A stretch of DNA of 64,000 nucleotides from the human T2T-CHM13v2.0 reference genome, Homo sapiens, in assembly GCF_009914755.1 (NCBI RefSeq), contig NC_060942.1; one strand, given 5' to 3'. The notes below the pieces were generated by a model. The model made no database searches. It saw nothing but the letters and a program-made list of their open reading frames with translations, and was not told where the DNA came from. Below are positions 1-13,289 of the stretch, one piece after another; the stretch's first letter is position 1; every line of letters begins with the position of its first letter. The position numbers and the translations under genes are program-made.

Positions 1-294
1 CTATTTATCACGCTAGATTCAGGATAATTTTTGGCTTTTTCTAAATACAAATTTCATCCTCAAAGTACCAAAATTTTTCTGTTACTAAGACTATTGCAAA
101 GACACTAACAGCAATTTTAAAAGTAGAATTTTGAAAACATCTTGAACAGGAACATTGCATTAAGAAGGTGGCCCCAGATGACTAATCCAAGAAGGTATTA
201 TTTGTCATTTGGATTTTAGCATCCAATATTTGTTTTCCATTTTAATCCCTCTCATTACTTTATAGGCTTGTCTCACAATAGTGATCTAGAGCAT

Positions 295-354
295 TAAAAA
301 AAGAAAAAAGAAAGAAGAAGAAGAAAGAAAGAGTAAAGAAAGGAAAAGAAGAAA
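295..354. repeat. Purine-rich (A/GA-rich) low-complexity tract
   Basis: AAAAAAAGAAAAAAGAAAGAAGAAGAAGAAAG... seen directly. Confidence 0.85.
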
Positions 355-387
355 CCTCAACTCTGTATGGATCAAGTGTATCAGACT

Positions 388-606
388 TGATTGGGTGCGG
401 TGGCTTATGCCTGTAATCTTAGCACTTTGGGAGGCTGAGGCTAGAGGACTGCTTAAGGCCAGCAGTTTAAGACCAGCCAGGGCAACATAGTGAGACCCCC
501 TCTCTACAAAAATATTTTTAAATCAGCTGGGTGTGGTGGAACACGCCTGTAGTCCCAGCTACTCAGAAAGCTGAGGCAGGAGGTCACTTGAGCCCAAAAG
601 GTCAAG
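388..606 (+). mobile_element. AluJ, 5' part (interrupted by LTR)
   Basis: Alu left arm, linker and start of right arm, breaking off at ...GAGCCCAAAAGGTCAAGG; TSD ATCAGACT at 380-387 and 1500-1507. Confidence 0.92.
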
Positions 607-1432
607 GGAGTCCTGGGAAGGGAAGAGTGTGATCCCTTTAAATGATACGGAAGAGGGGAAGGGAGGTGCTGGGTAGAGGAGGGCGTGGTCCCTGGCTAGG
701 GTTCCACCTCCACGGACCTAGGTGAGGACAGACACTCCTGCCTTGACGCGCAAATATTGCATTTTCCAAGACCACTGGGCCTGCCCATCCTGGGCCTATA
801 AAAACCGGAGACCCTAGCAGGCCGACTCACAGGCGGCCAGACGTCAAGAGGAGCATATCAGCAGACAAAGACACAAGCAGCTGGACAGAGAGAGGACATC
901 TAGAGCGCACGCTGGCTGAAGAGCACACTGGCACATGCTGGCAAGCCAGCAGGCCATCAACCCGCGGGACGAGGTGGAGTTTGGCAGGGCAGTCGGAGGA
1001 GAGTAGGGGCCGCCAAGCTGCCCAACTCCAGGGGAAAACCATCTCCCTTCTGGCTCTCCATGGTGGGACAGCTCCTTTAATAAAACTTTGCACTCAATCT
1101 CCAAGCCCAGGTGTGATCTGATTTTTCCAGCACGCCAAGGCAAGAACTGGGGATACAGAAAGCCCTCTGTCCTGGTGACAAGGTAGAGGGTCTAATTGAG
1201 CTGGTTAACACAAGCCACCTGTAGACAGCAAACTAAGAGACCCTGTAACACATGCCCACTGGGTCTTCAGGAGCTGGAAACATTCACCCCTAGGCACTGC
1301 CGTGAGGTCGGAGCCCCATAGCCTGCCTGTCTGTGTGTTCCCCTAGAGGTTTGAGCAGCGGGGTACTGAAGAAGCGAGCCACACCCCCATCGCATGCCCT
1401 TTGAGGGGAACAAGGGAACCTTTCGCCTTTCA
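607..1432 (+). mobile_element. LTR1-family solo LTR (ERV1, HUERS-P2-type) nested in AluJ
   Basis: CCCTTTAAATGATACGGAAG...GTGCTGGGTAGAGGAGGGCGTGGTCCCTGGCTAGGG matches recalled LTR1 5' end; TATAAAAA at 797-804; AATAAA at 1079-1084; ends TTTCA. Confidence 0.85.
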
Positions 1433-1500
1433 CCATGAGCCACGGTTGCACCACTGTGCTCCAGCCTAAGCAACAGAGCAAGATCCTATCTTAAAAAAAA
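1433..1500 (+). mobile_element. AluJ, 3' remainder
   Basis: TGAGCCACGGTTGCACCACTGTGCTCCAGCCTAAGCAACAGAGCAAGA, short A tail, then TSD. Confidence 0.9.
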
Positions 1501-1983
1501 TCAGACTCATAAGCTAACTTTGTGTGCCACGCGCCTTAGTCTCTCTACATGGTCAAATAAATAACAATCTAAACCCCTTTATTCATTTGCATAAACTGAG
1601 TAAGATTTAAGAACTTAAATGAACACCCACGTTAATGAACAAGAAGAAATATATTTATGCATGCAAGATAGTGAATAAATTGAATAGACCCTGGTTTTCT
1701 AAATAATCGTATTATTTGTTTCCTCTAGTTATTACTATAATTGCTATTACTATCTTCTTTCATATTCCAAACAAGAAATATTTTTTTCTTCACTGCTCCA
1801 GTACCTAACAGTCTCTGGTGTTAAGGAACTCGTGAAGATCTACACTGGATTACTGATGGAAGAAAATGTGTTTTACAAATTTCTAACAAAAAGGTATTCT
1901 AAAGTTCCGGTAGTACTCATAAAATAGAAAATACTCAGGTATAAGAGATTTGCAAAATTGTCACCAGTGTCAATAGCATAATA

Positions 1984-2190
1984 CAGTCGTTCCTCAGTTT
2001 TGACTGTAGGGGAATTGGTTCCAGGATTCAAGTCCACAGTCCTCTGGCAGAGCTGGAGTATAGAAGTCAGCCTTCTGTATATACGGATTTTGCATCCCAT
2101 GAATTATTTTTAATCTGCATTTGGTTGAAAAAAAATCTGCATTTAAATTGACCCATGCAGTTCAAACCCCTGTAGTATAAGCATCAACTG
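1984..2190 (+). mobile_element. MER8 (Tigger-derived MITE)
   Basis: TA|CAGTCG...CAACTG|TA termini with TA TSD; GGTTCCAGGA and GCAGTTCAAACCC motifs match recalled MER8. Confidence 0.8.
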
Positions 2191-2858
2191 TAGTTTTTTT
2201 TTTTTTAATTATTGACAGCAACATAATGGCTAACTTATGATATTATTATGTGAAAATTGAGACTATCTCAGTTCCTGATGTAAATGAAACTTGGTAAATG
2301 AATGGATATTTGAATTCTCCTTGGGCCTTTGAACAAAAATGTCTCAGCAGACAAAACAGAAACAGAATTTGTTGGATTAAAAATATTTCAACTCCAGTAC
2401 TAGCAAACCGACTTAGGGAAAAGCCATTTGATCTCACACCTTCTCATTTCCTCCTCTGATAATTCTTTATCCAGAAAGAGTATCCTCTTTCATGTGATAT
2501 GCCACATAATGAGAGAGGAACATAGATAGGCGATAAAGGACAAGAATCCCCACATATACTCAATCAACTTTGACAGTCAACAGAGAGAGAGAGATGTCCT
2601 TTTCACATGGTTTTCCCAAGTTCTCAATTAAGGGGCGTTTGGACCAGATAGTCCCTAGGATCTGTCTCTTCCAATGTTCATTTCTTAGGATATTGTGTTA
2701 TGTTTGAAATAACAGCAAGTAAGCAAATCAAGTCTTGTGATGAACAAATAAAGTCTTCCTCGTGTTGCATGTTGGGCTGAAAACACCACTGGTGATTTGT
2801 AATAAATTCAGAACATGGCACACTGTAATGATCCAATCAAGTTTGAAAGTAATTAGAA

Positions 2859-2985
2859 GCCAGGCGTGGTGATACACGCCTGCAGTCCGAACTATTCGGG
2901 AAGCAGAGGAGAGAGGATCTCCTGAGCCCAGGAGTTCAAATCTATCCTGGGCAACATAGTGAGATCCCATCTCTATTTTTAAAAA
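2859..2985 (+). mobile_element. Monomeric Alu (FLAM-like)
   Basis: Single diverged Alu monomer ending CTGGGCAACATAGTGAGATCCCATCTCT. Confidence 0.85.
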
Positions 2986-3135
2986 TAGTTACATTTATTC
3001 TATTTACTGCATCACAAGAATGCATATGGCATGAAATTCTGCTGTAATTGTCATGATCCACATAAAAATGCACAATCATCTGGATACTTATTAACTTTAA
3101 TTTGAAAGGCAGGCTGGCTGGGGGATTAAAATTAG

Positions 3136-3350
3136 ATTGTGGAGCCAACCTGATTGGCTTTGCATCCTAGCTCTGCCACTTCCTAGGTGTGTAAGAAGTT
3201 TGACAAAATACTTAAATTTCTATGCTTCAGTTTTTCTATCTGTATGGAGATTATAAAACTAGTACTTCAATTGGTTATGAGAATTAAGTAAATTAATATA
3301 TACAAAGTAGCTATTATAGCACCCTGAACTAAGAAAACACTAGATAATAG
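3136..3350 (+). mobile_element. MIR SINE
   Basis: CCTAGCTCTGCCACTTCCTAGGTGTG...CTTCAGTTTTTCTATCTGTA MIR core. Confidence 0.75.
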
Positions 3351-4426
3351 TCTTCATTGCACACTCTAGTCTTCTTAGAACTCTCTATACACTTTGAGTG
3401 CTAGGTGAACACATTTGCATATTTTTCTGAGTGTCATTATCAATGACATTTCAGTAAGATTGCATTTTTATTAAATAAAAAGTTGAGAATAATCAAAATG
3501 AGCTCCAGTGGCTGTATTAAAGGTGTGCCTTTTGCATAAGTTTGACATGAGCTCTTACAGCGTAAAAACAAAAGTCTTCAGATTTTTCTGAGAAATGAAT
3601 TTCAGTTTTACATGTAGGATGATTCTCTGTCTGAGGATATTAAAATGGTTTTGACAGAGATCACATACTGATGTGTGTATTTGATCCACACAATGTTGGA
3701 AAAATTCTTGGAATGGCTGTTCCTGTTGTTTTAATGGAAGTTCACGTAAAAAATCTTAATTCCCAGCTTTTTTTGAAGAAGGAGAGACCTGACAACATGT
3801 CCAATGGCGATGATTAGCTAGCGCTGAACAGAAGTGGTCCCGTTTAGAGTGCAGGAGCAGTTTAGTTTCTGGGCTCCCCCCAACCCCCAATGTGTTTGTG
3901 TCCCTGCTTCTTTTATTTAGTACAAAATAATTAAAAATGTAAATAGAAACAAGACCAGCAATCCTGTCATATGATGCACAAATGAAGTTGTCCTCTAAAT
4001 TACATGGCTGGTTACTATATATTTGTTACTTTTTTTGACTACTCCTATTTAATGTAGAGACTAAAAGCATTGTTTTCCAAAGTGAAACTTTCCATTCCTA
4101 ACTGCAGCATAGCAGTCTGGTCTGTTTCCTGTCACCAGCTTCCAAATTTATCATCTTTATACCAGGATGGAAATTGAGCTTTAGAGTGATTTTTTAAAAC
4201 TTTCCCACTTATGGTTAATTTTACAGAATTTGTGATGCTACCACAATGCCATCCACTGTCACATGCCTGAGGCAAGAGAGTTGAAGTATAGCTTGAGCCC
4301 CCCCACACCCGCCCTAGACTAGGAAGTAGCTGTGCTAGGCCCCCAGTTTTAATGAGAATGTCTCAACTTTCACTGTTAAATTTACCCCATAGCAACAAGG
4401 CCAACATTGTATTATGGATGTACATG

Positions 4427-4865
4427 TGTTACCGAAATGCCAAGGGTTTGATCTAGGTCCTCGCCACACAGAAAGCCAATCACTGAGATGACAAGTATCA
4501 CCAAGAAAGGCTTTGATCAGGTGCTACAGCCAAGGGGATGGGAGATCAGTCTCAACTCCATCTCCCTAACTAACTAAAATTAGAGGTTTATGCAGCAGGG
4601 AAGAAATGTGACTATGTGTGAGAAGAGAGGAAGTAGAGAATGGTTAGGAAGCAATCATGATGAATGAAGGGCCTGGAACCTCATTTGGCTGGAAGTGATG
4701 ATCTAGTAAGTTTCAATCCTTTGATACTTTTGGAGAGGCCTGGGCATCCTTTCCTGAGGAAGAAACTCAGATAAAACAAACTTAAGTTTCAAGCTTTAAA
4801 ACCAGAAGGGTCAATTTCTAGGTATATCCTAGAAACTTGTCTCTAAGACTATTGGGTCAGTTTCG
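4427..4865 (-). mobile_element. ERV1-class solo LTR (LTR47-like; family uncertain)
   Basis: TGTTACC...GTTTCG termini flanked by 4-bp TSD CATG (4423-4426, 4866-4869). Confidence 0.75.
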
Positions 4866-4972
4866 CATGTATGCATTGTATTACAGATGAAGGCATGAGG
4901 TAAAAGCTTAAATATCGCATTGGAATGAGGTGTGAAGGTAGTTATGCATAAAACCTGTATTTATCATTAGCA

Positions 4973-5172
4973 TTTTTATTTAAATAACTTTATTGAGGTC
5001 TAGTCAACATATGCTGCACATATTTAGTGTACCATTTAATAAGTATTGAAACATGTATACACCCGTGAAGCCATCACAATAATTAAATGAATATAATCAT
5101 CACCCCCAAAGTTTCCTTGTGTCCCTCTGTCCCCAGGCAAACACTGATCTGCTTTCTATTACTATAGACTGG
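4973..5172 (-). mobile_element. Old L1M (L1MB-like) 3' end
   Basis: TTTAAATAACTTTATTGAGG...ATCACCCCCAAAGTTTCCTTGTGTCCCT...CTGATCTGCTTTCT, typical antisense L1M 3' UTR. Confidence 0.75.
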
Positions 5173-5957
5173 TGAAATGGGAGAGTTTCCTCATCCCCCT
5201 TGCAAGATGTGTGACAGGGGTGGCTCGCTCCTTTGGCTGCCCCACTCCTCAAACCCCTGGAGGAAGCATGCAGAAGGGCAGGTACAGAAGCCATGGGGAG
5301 TGCTTTTGGGCTCCAGCCCCATGGCTGCATCTAGGGGTGGGTGTCTGTGACTCCTGAAGTCCAAGTGGGCATGCATTCCAGTGTGCTCTTCCATCTTTGC
5401 CATCTGCAGACAGCTTGTGCTGATCAGCTCGATAGACCCTCTGTCTTATCGTAAGGGCAGAGGACCAGTATGACAGCTGTCTGTATCCTGAGTTCTTGCC
5501 CAGTGTACCAGAAAAATCGGATCACATGTGCACTTGAAAGGTGAATGCAAGCTTTTATTGAGTGATGGAGGTGGTTCTCAGTGAGATGGGTGGGGAGCCA
5601 GAAGGGGAGATGGAATGGGAAGGTGGTCTTCCCCTGGAGTCAGGATGCCCAGAGGCAGACTCCCCCCTCTCTCTTACTCTGCTGTGTCATTCTGCCATCA
5701 CTGGTTTGCCAATCTGCTGGTGTCTATTGCTCTACTCCTCTGCTCCTCTCGACTTTCACCCACTGTGTGTGTGCCCGCTAAGGTCTTGGTTTATATGGAC
5801 ACAGGATATGAGGGCATGGAAGGCCAGAGTGGTCTTGGAATGTGCAACATTTGCGTGCAAGAACAGGAGTGCTTGTTCTCACTTAGGTCTGCAAACACAG
5901 GCCCGAGGGTGGACCCCTAGACTGGGACCCTGCCCTTCTCTACCCAGCACTTCCCTG
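5173..5957 (-). mobile_element. LTR1/MER52-group solo LTR (ERV1)
   Basis: Begins TGAAATGGGAGAG (reverse complement of LTR 3' end); TTTATT poly(A) signal ~5554; ends CCCTTCTCTACCCAGCACTTCCCTG; homologous to the 607-1432 LTR. Confidence 0.8.
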
Positions 5958-6318
5958 AAAATAAGACAAAATAGTGGCATGATAGTTGTAATAAGAGTTT
6001 GGCCACACAGTAGTTGGTCCTGAGCAAGATGTAAAGACATAATTTTCTGCAACATCTGAGTTTAAGAGGAGTCATTGCCGTCTTTTCTCCATTTCAGAAA
6101 CAGAGATGCAGACTTTTATCTACCCTGATCATGTCTAATGTGACTAATGCCTCTTATTCTGTCAACATCGAGAAAATATATTTCTAGTCCTGTGTAAGTG
6201 GGTGCAAATAAATGATATATGCAGAAAGGCAAACAGACATTTGAGTGCAAATGTGTGCACAGGCATATAAGAATTTGGAATTGTTTCTAGGGAATCACAT
6301 CTCTTAAAATGCAAAAGT

Positions 6319-6630
<312 letters not shown>

Positions 6631-6983
6631 TAAAATGCAAAAACATCCATTTCTTTGTTCAGAATAGTCTAGTCTAAAGAACAGCCTTTCTCACTCATGG
6701 TGACAGACTAAATAAACATCTATCTGTCTTTATTTTCCAGTGACCTAAATCTGGAGTCTAATGAGCAAATATTAAAGGATTGCAGAGTGACTTATGGTCT
6801 ACTGGGTCTAACCTTGGCTGCCCAATAGACTCGTCTCGGGAGTGGTCTGGGTCATTTCTGTAAACTGAGAATAGTTAACATTTCCAAGTTTGTAGATTTT
6901 TAAAGACAGTTTATTTGCATAATGGTATTTCTGAATGGACTTATTTTCTTCCCTTCTTCAAATGATACGCTCACCATCAACTT

Positions 6984-7156
6984 GTAGTTCTCAATACTGG
7001 CTGTGCAATAGAAATATTCAGGAGACATTGTTTTTATTCTTTAAGTATTAGTGTCAGCTCTACCCTTAAAGATTCTGACTTAATTGATTCGGATAAGTTG
7101 AATATTGATATTTTTTTTTCAAAACTCCTTAGGTGGTTCTAATGCAAGAACCGCCG
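6984..7156. mobile_element. MER5-like hAT relic
   Basis: GTTCTCAA...GATTCTGACTTAATTG...GGTGGTTCTAATGC...AGAACC pattern. Confidence 0.6.
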
Positions 7157-8704
7157 TCTATTCTATGATCTAACAACTGACTTCTCTTTCTTTTTCTCTG
7201 ATCTATTCTCTTTCCTATTAATGTTTTATATTGAGAGTTCATTCCTTCTTCCCATTGGTTAGCAATTCATATCCTGTTTCCTGAGAAATCACAAGCCTGG
7301 GAAGCAGCCATCCACCGTAGTGGGACTAAACATAGAGGCAGTCCTCCTCCAAGGCTGAGAAGCCAACAGGAGACCCTGAGGAATCCATGATTGAAGTGTA
7401 TTCCTGGATCTGGTCACAGAGTCATAGAGGGCGAGGGCTTGAAGAGACTTCAACTGTTGCACAACTCTTCCATTTTGCTGATGACAAAACAGAAGCATGA
7501 AGGTGACAGGATCAAAGAACTAGTGCTGATAGAGCTAGATGAGAACCAAGGCCTCGGGTGCCCAGGCTTTCTCTGTCTCCACTCCATCCTGGGGCTACCC
7601 CTCTCACAGGAGAGTATTTGAGTCTCTTCACATAAGTGTCCAGGCAGAGAAAAGCCATTCCATTCAGCATAGGTGAGTCAACCTACACTAGGGAAGTTCT
7701 TCTGTGTGTGAGGCCTTCAAAGAAAATAGGAAAAACATAGACAGTAGTGGCAGCGTTTCAAAGCACTACTTAATATGAAGATGATAGGACTTGGAGATTC
7801 TGAAACTTCTAAGTTGCTAACATTCAGTCACATTCTGTATATCAAAGATGTACTAGTTGAACACTAAATACAATTATTTATTTATGACTTATTTTCATTC
7901 ATGTTATTAAGAACTAATGTAGTGTATAGCCACATCTTATAAATTCAAAAGAATAATTGTCCATGTCCTAAATGTATTATTAACATTTAAGAAACTATTG
8001 AAACATTAAAATCCTCAAGGACAAAGATGAAGGCAAAAATCAAATTGTATGTTTTTTCAGCCACAATCACAAGAGGGTCACGTATGTAAGGACTGTCTTT
8101 TATTCAAATTTTCTGGCAATTTTAACTTAAAATTACTATTGTCATTGATCTCTTCCTGGAAACAATTTTTTATTTTAGGCTATGCTTAGAACGAGTTATA
8201 AAAATTAAACTTTGTGTAATATTAGACTAATTTTTTTTAACTAAAATTGTGACTCATTAACTTCCAAATTTGTGTTATTGATCATGCTAGGATCATGAGG
8301 GAAAATATAGTAAGTTTACATGATTTGTTTAGTTTTGTTTGGACCACTTCATTTATCATCAATGACAGAAAATGTACCCCTAACTTAATGGCACTTTGCT
8401 TTCACTAGTGATTTCTCTCAGACTTAAGGAGAAACAAGTAAATCAACTGGAATTTTCTTGATTCTTAAAAGACCAAGTGACATCTGGGGTTAATAATTTT
8501 GTAGGTCATAAGATACTATACTAAGTATCCCCATAGGGTATAATATGTGAACATTTTATAAATTTAAATATATATGTTTCAGATTGATTTATACATGAAA
8601 ATAATAATTTCTGTTTTTTAAAAAACAATGGTTAATACTTTTATTACAAAAGCAAGGTATACTTGCAATATATACAGGAGAAAAATATCAGAATATATAA
8701 TAAA

Positions 8705-8713
<9 letters not shown>

Positions 8714-8735
<22 letters not shown>

Positions 8736-9032
8736 AGACAGAGTCTTGCTCTGCCACCCAGGCTGGAGTGCAGTGGCGTGATCTCGGCTCACTGCAAGCT
8801 CTGCCTCCAGGGTTCATGCCATTCTCCTGCGTCAGCCTCCTGAGTAGATGGGATTACAGGCGTCCACCACCACACCTGGCTAATTTTTCTATTTTTAGTA
8901 GAGACAGGGTTTCACCCGTGTTAGCCAGGATAGTCTGTTAGCCAGGATGGTCTTGATCTCCTGACCTTGTGATCCGCCTGCCTCAGCCTCCCAAAGTGCT
9001 GGGATTACAGGTGTAAGCCACTGTGCCCAGCC
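8714..9032 (-). mobile_element. AluY-like
   Basis: T-tail, GCAAGCTC and TTCATGCCATTC diagnostics; TSD AATAAAATGATTTTT at 8699-8713 and 9033-9047; internal 17-bp tandem duplication 8919-8952. Confidence 0.93.
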
Positions 9033-9129
9033 AATAAAATGATTTTTTAAGGAGAATAACCGTTATCCCACCACACAGAAACAATCAGTAAGGACATCAA
9101 CCAACAGGAACTTGAACTAGTGAGAACTT

Positions 9130-9770
9130 CTCTTTCAAAGACTTAACTAACTGTCCCTCAGCTCTTCCATCTGTTTTATTCATTGATAATATTTTGAGTT
9201 TATAAAAATATTATAATCTATCTTCCATCCATATATAGATTTGTTCATTCCCTTTGGCAGCTCTAAACCACCACACTGTGTGGTTGTTAATAAATTATAT
9301 TTAACTATTGTAAATGGACATTGGAATTATTTTTAATTATTTGCTATTATAAACCATGTTACAATGAAGAGAATTGTGTATTTACTTGTATCCACCTGTT
9401 CAATTATTTCCCTAAGATAAATCCCTAGATGTAGACTTGTTCATGAAAGAACGCATACATTTTTAATGTGATTCAAAGCCTAGATTGCAAAGAACATTTA
9501 CATTTGCCAGGATTGCATTAGTGGTGCTCTTCCTCCTCCCCACCAATGCTCCACAGCACTGGGCATTAATTCCTTTTTAGTATAATTGATGAAGACCATT
9601 TCATTTTAATTTGCATTGACTTCATTGTCATTACAACTATTCATCTCTTGCAACTGTTTGCCATTCTTCTTTAGAGAGGTACCTTTTGTAATTTTTGTCT
9701 ACACTTTAATTGGAGTATTCCTTGCAGTACCTATTTGAAATACTGCTATAGATTACAGATATTAAGACTT
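9130..9770 (-). mobile_element. Ancient L1M(E) fragment
   Basis: GGACATT...TTTGCTATTATAAA...TTTTAATTTGCATT motifs of antisense L1M. Confidence 0.55.
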
Positions 9771-10069
9771 TGTTCCTGCTTACCTTCCCAGCCCCAACTC
9801 TAATCTCACCAAGAATATGATGCTGTAAATTAGCCTCTTGTTTATACTAACTTTTTTCCATTGTAGTCATTTTCTCTGGTTATTACTGTTATTATAATGC
9901 CCACATTTTAACTGCTGTCTGCTCTCATGGGTGCTCAGACTTTATTATGCTGTTATTATCAGCTCATATATAATAAGTAAAGTACTAAATCTGCAACGGC
10001 AAACCATCAATCCATGGGCCAGATCCAGACCACTAAATTTTATTTTATTTTATTTTTTGGAGTTGTTGA

Positions 10070-10414
<345 letters not shown>

Positions 10415-10647
10415 TAATTTAGTTTTTCAACATTCTAAAATTCATCTTCAACATTTATAAAAAAAACTATAAAACTGATTTACAACAATGTATATGACTA
10501 TTAAAAACCTAGACTCTTTCTCTCTCTTAAAAAACTGGAAAATCTGTCATCACTGTATCCCAGGTCACCAGCTTCCCCATGATGCCCTATTGCTTCATGG
10601 CCAGGTTCACACTTACTATTGCCCATCTAGGCCTGTTGACCATTGAG

Positions 10648-10866
10648 CAGGGTTCATCAGGTTCAGGCATGTTGACATTTTGAGCCAGACGATTCTTTGT
10701 TGGGGCTTGGGAAGTTGTCCAGTACATTTCAGGATGATTAGCACATCTCTGGCTTTTACCCACTAGATACTAGTAACACACACTCTACCACCCAGTTGTG
10801 ACAACCAAAAATATAACCAGCCATTGCCACAGGAGGAGGACAGTGGCCTCACTGTGAGAACCACTG
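10648..10866 (+). mobile_element. MER20 (hAT-Charlie)
   Basis: TTGACATTTTGAGCCAGACGATTCTTTGTTG, CCAGTTGTGACAACCAAAAAT and GAGAACCACTG match recalled MER20. Confidence 0.8.
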
Positions 10867-12061
10867 CCTTAAGATTTGGGACCTTTGATCTAGATTTGTT
10901 AAACCTGTGGATGATATGGGCTCTGTCAGCAACTATGGAGGTCACTTTTTGCTATCCGCTATTAAAATTGTCAGTCCTATATTTTTTAGTGTGTAGGAGG
11001 GCTACAGAGAATTGAGGACAAGCTCTAATTTGGGTCCTGTGAGAAGGAGATGGAACAGCTGATGGACTTGCAGAATACATAGGCCAGAAGCAATCAACCA
11101 TCAGGCACCTTGGTCCATCTTGTTGAGTAAGATACTTGACTATGGGATTATCTAAGCTACAAAACCTTCATTTTTGTTAGAGGTGAAGGAGTAAAGTGAG
11201 GGATCAAAGTTATTCATGGTACAATGAAATCAAGTTCAAATAATCTTTACATTGTTTGCAAATACAATCTTTGCAATATTTGCTAGAACAGAAAACACAC
11301 ACCCCTGTGATACTGTTAGTAGTAGAAATCCTTGGAGAAGGAGGACACAGAGGTTGTACTCCTGAGATGAGCTGAGTTTCTTCCTTTGTTCCTTTGCTTT
11401 GGACAATTGAAGTTAGCCAGTGCTTGGGGTACTGTCACTGTTGCCATAGCTTTTCCACTGGACTTTGCCCACTGGTTCAGTGCCTGCTCTTGTATCTGGT
11501 ATGTGGTGATTTAAGAGTCAACGTTTTTCTAGGACTTGTTGCAGTAATCTCTTAATTTATGTCCAAGATTGCTCCTTTCTGTTTTGACTGAACGGTCAGC
11601 AACTGGGAGATTTTCTCTCAGGCCAAATCATCTCTATTCCCTCCTGAAATCTTTCAAGGTTTCTTGATGTGTGATTTTACACTTCCCTATTTTCCTAAAC
11701 TGCTAGAGATATTTTCTTATTTCTAAATTCCTTAGTTATTTCAATGGAATATAAGGCAAAAGAGAGTTTAAACATGTAAGCTCAATTTGCTGTCTTGAAA
11801 CTAGGAGAAGTCAGGAAAAATTTCCTGGCTAGAATGGGGGACATTGACATTATAAAGTCTAACTGGACCAGGGTCATTCTGTGAAACTTTAGGTAAGCTC
11901 TTCAACGTAGCAAGAGAATGGGCTATGTCAAGTCTTTGTCAATGGGACATGTGCTGCTTTGGAAAGGTTTTGTCGATGGTGAGTAATCATGTGAGGAGTG
12001 GCAGTTTTACCAACTCCCCATTCAGTCCTTTGCTTACATAAGCATTTTGATTTAAAGTAGT

Positions 12062-12960
12062 ATTTATTTATTCATTCATTTATTCAGTTAATATTTATTG
12101 AGTTTGTTATAACTGGCACTGAAGCTGAAATACATGAGTGAAAAAAGAAATACAATATTTCTTTCCTTATGAATGTATATCTAGAAGAGGAAAGGAATGC
12201 TAATTAAGCAAGGAAAAAAATAAATAGCATAGTTTCACATAGTGATGATGTTTATGATGAAATAAATAAAGATAGCAGATAGAGAAGTACAGAAACTGGG
12301 AAAACAAGCTCTTTCAGATAAGGCAGTAGGAAGTCCTCCTAAGAGATGACTTTGAGCAGAATTGGGAGTTGGAAGTAGCAAGCTATGTGATGTTCAGGAT
12401 GAAGTGTATGCCAGGCAGAAGGGGCATGAGGCTTGACAGATCAGAGAAAACACAAGAAGGCCAGTGTGGCCAGAGTGCAGCAAGCAAGAGGGCATGAGAA
12501 CAATCCCAAAGATCCTTGAGAACAAAATGAGCAGATTGCATTTGTGTTTTCCCCTAAACATGATCAGTAGACAGTAGAGGTTTCAGGCAGTGGAACCTGA
12601 CTTACCTTATTTTTCAAAGCTCTCCCTGGCTTCTGGGTGGAGGGGGTCAAGAATGGAAGCAGTTAGACCAATCAGGAAATTACAGCGTAGTGCAAGCAAG
12701 AGATGATGGATGACGATATGCAATACATTGTGAACAGTAGAGACAAATAGAAGTGAACAGACTTGGGATATGTCTTGGAGTTAGGTGGTTCTGCTGGACT
12801 GGCAGTATGAGTTGAGCAAAAGAGAAGAATCAGAGGTGATTTCTTGGCTTTGGACTTAAGCAACTGGGGGGATGATGGAACCACTCACTGGGTTGATGAT
12901 AATTTGGTTAGGACAGGTTTGGGGGTTCATTTAGGAATAGGAGAATCAATAGTTCTGGAA
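12062..12960 (-). mobile_element. L2 LINE fragment
   Basis: TTCATTCATTTATTCAGTTAATATTTATTGAG L2 3' end followed by purine-rich antisense L2 body. Confidence 0.7.
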
Positions 12961-13289
12961 GTTTGGAATTTCTAGTGGTGAAATCAATGATTAGGAAAGT
13001 TTGGAGTTTTGGAAGTGACTTTATTAAATTGTCACAAAGGATCGTGGGATTAGTCCTGATGAGGGGGAAGGTGGATAATCAGTCCTGATTATTTCTCCCT
13101 CTTCTTGATTGGTGTCTTATGGGGCTCTTCCTATTAATTATGTGGTCAGTCCCATTGATGGCCTTGGAGTTTGTTAGAAATGCAGAACTATTGTCTTATT
13201 GTATCAGAATCTACAATTTAAATTCTCCATGAGATGCCTATGCACATTAAAGTTTGACTTCTAGGAAAGAGCAGCTAATCTAATGATAA

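Noticed and set aside
5100-6023. Several 60-153 aa ORFs
   Set aside because: Lie within an LTR; no coding signature
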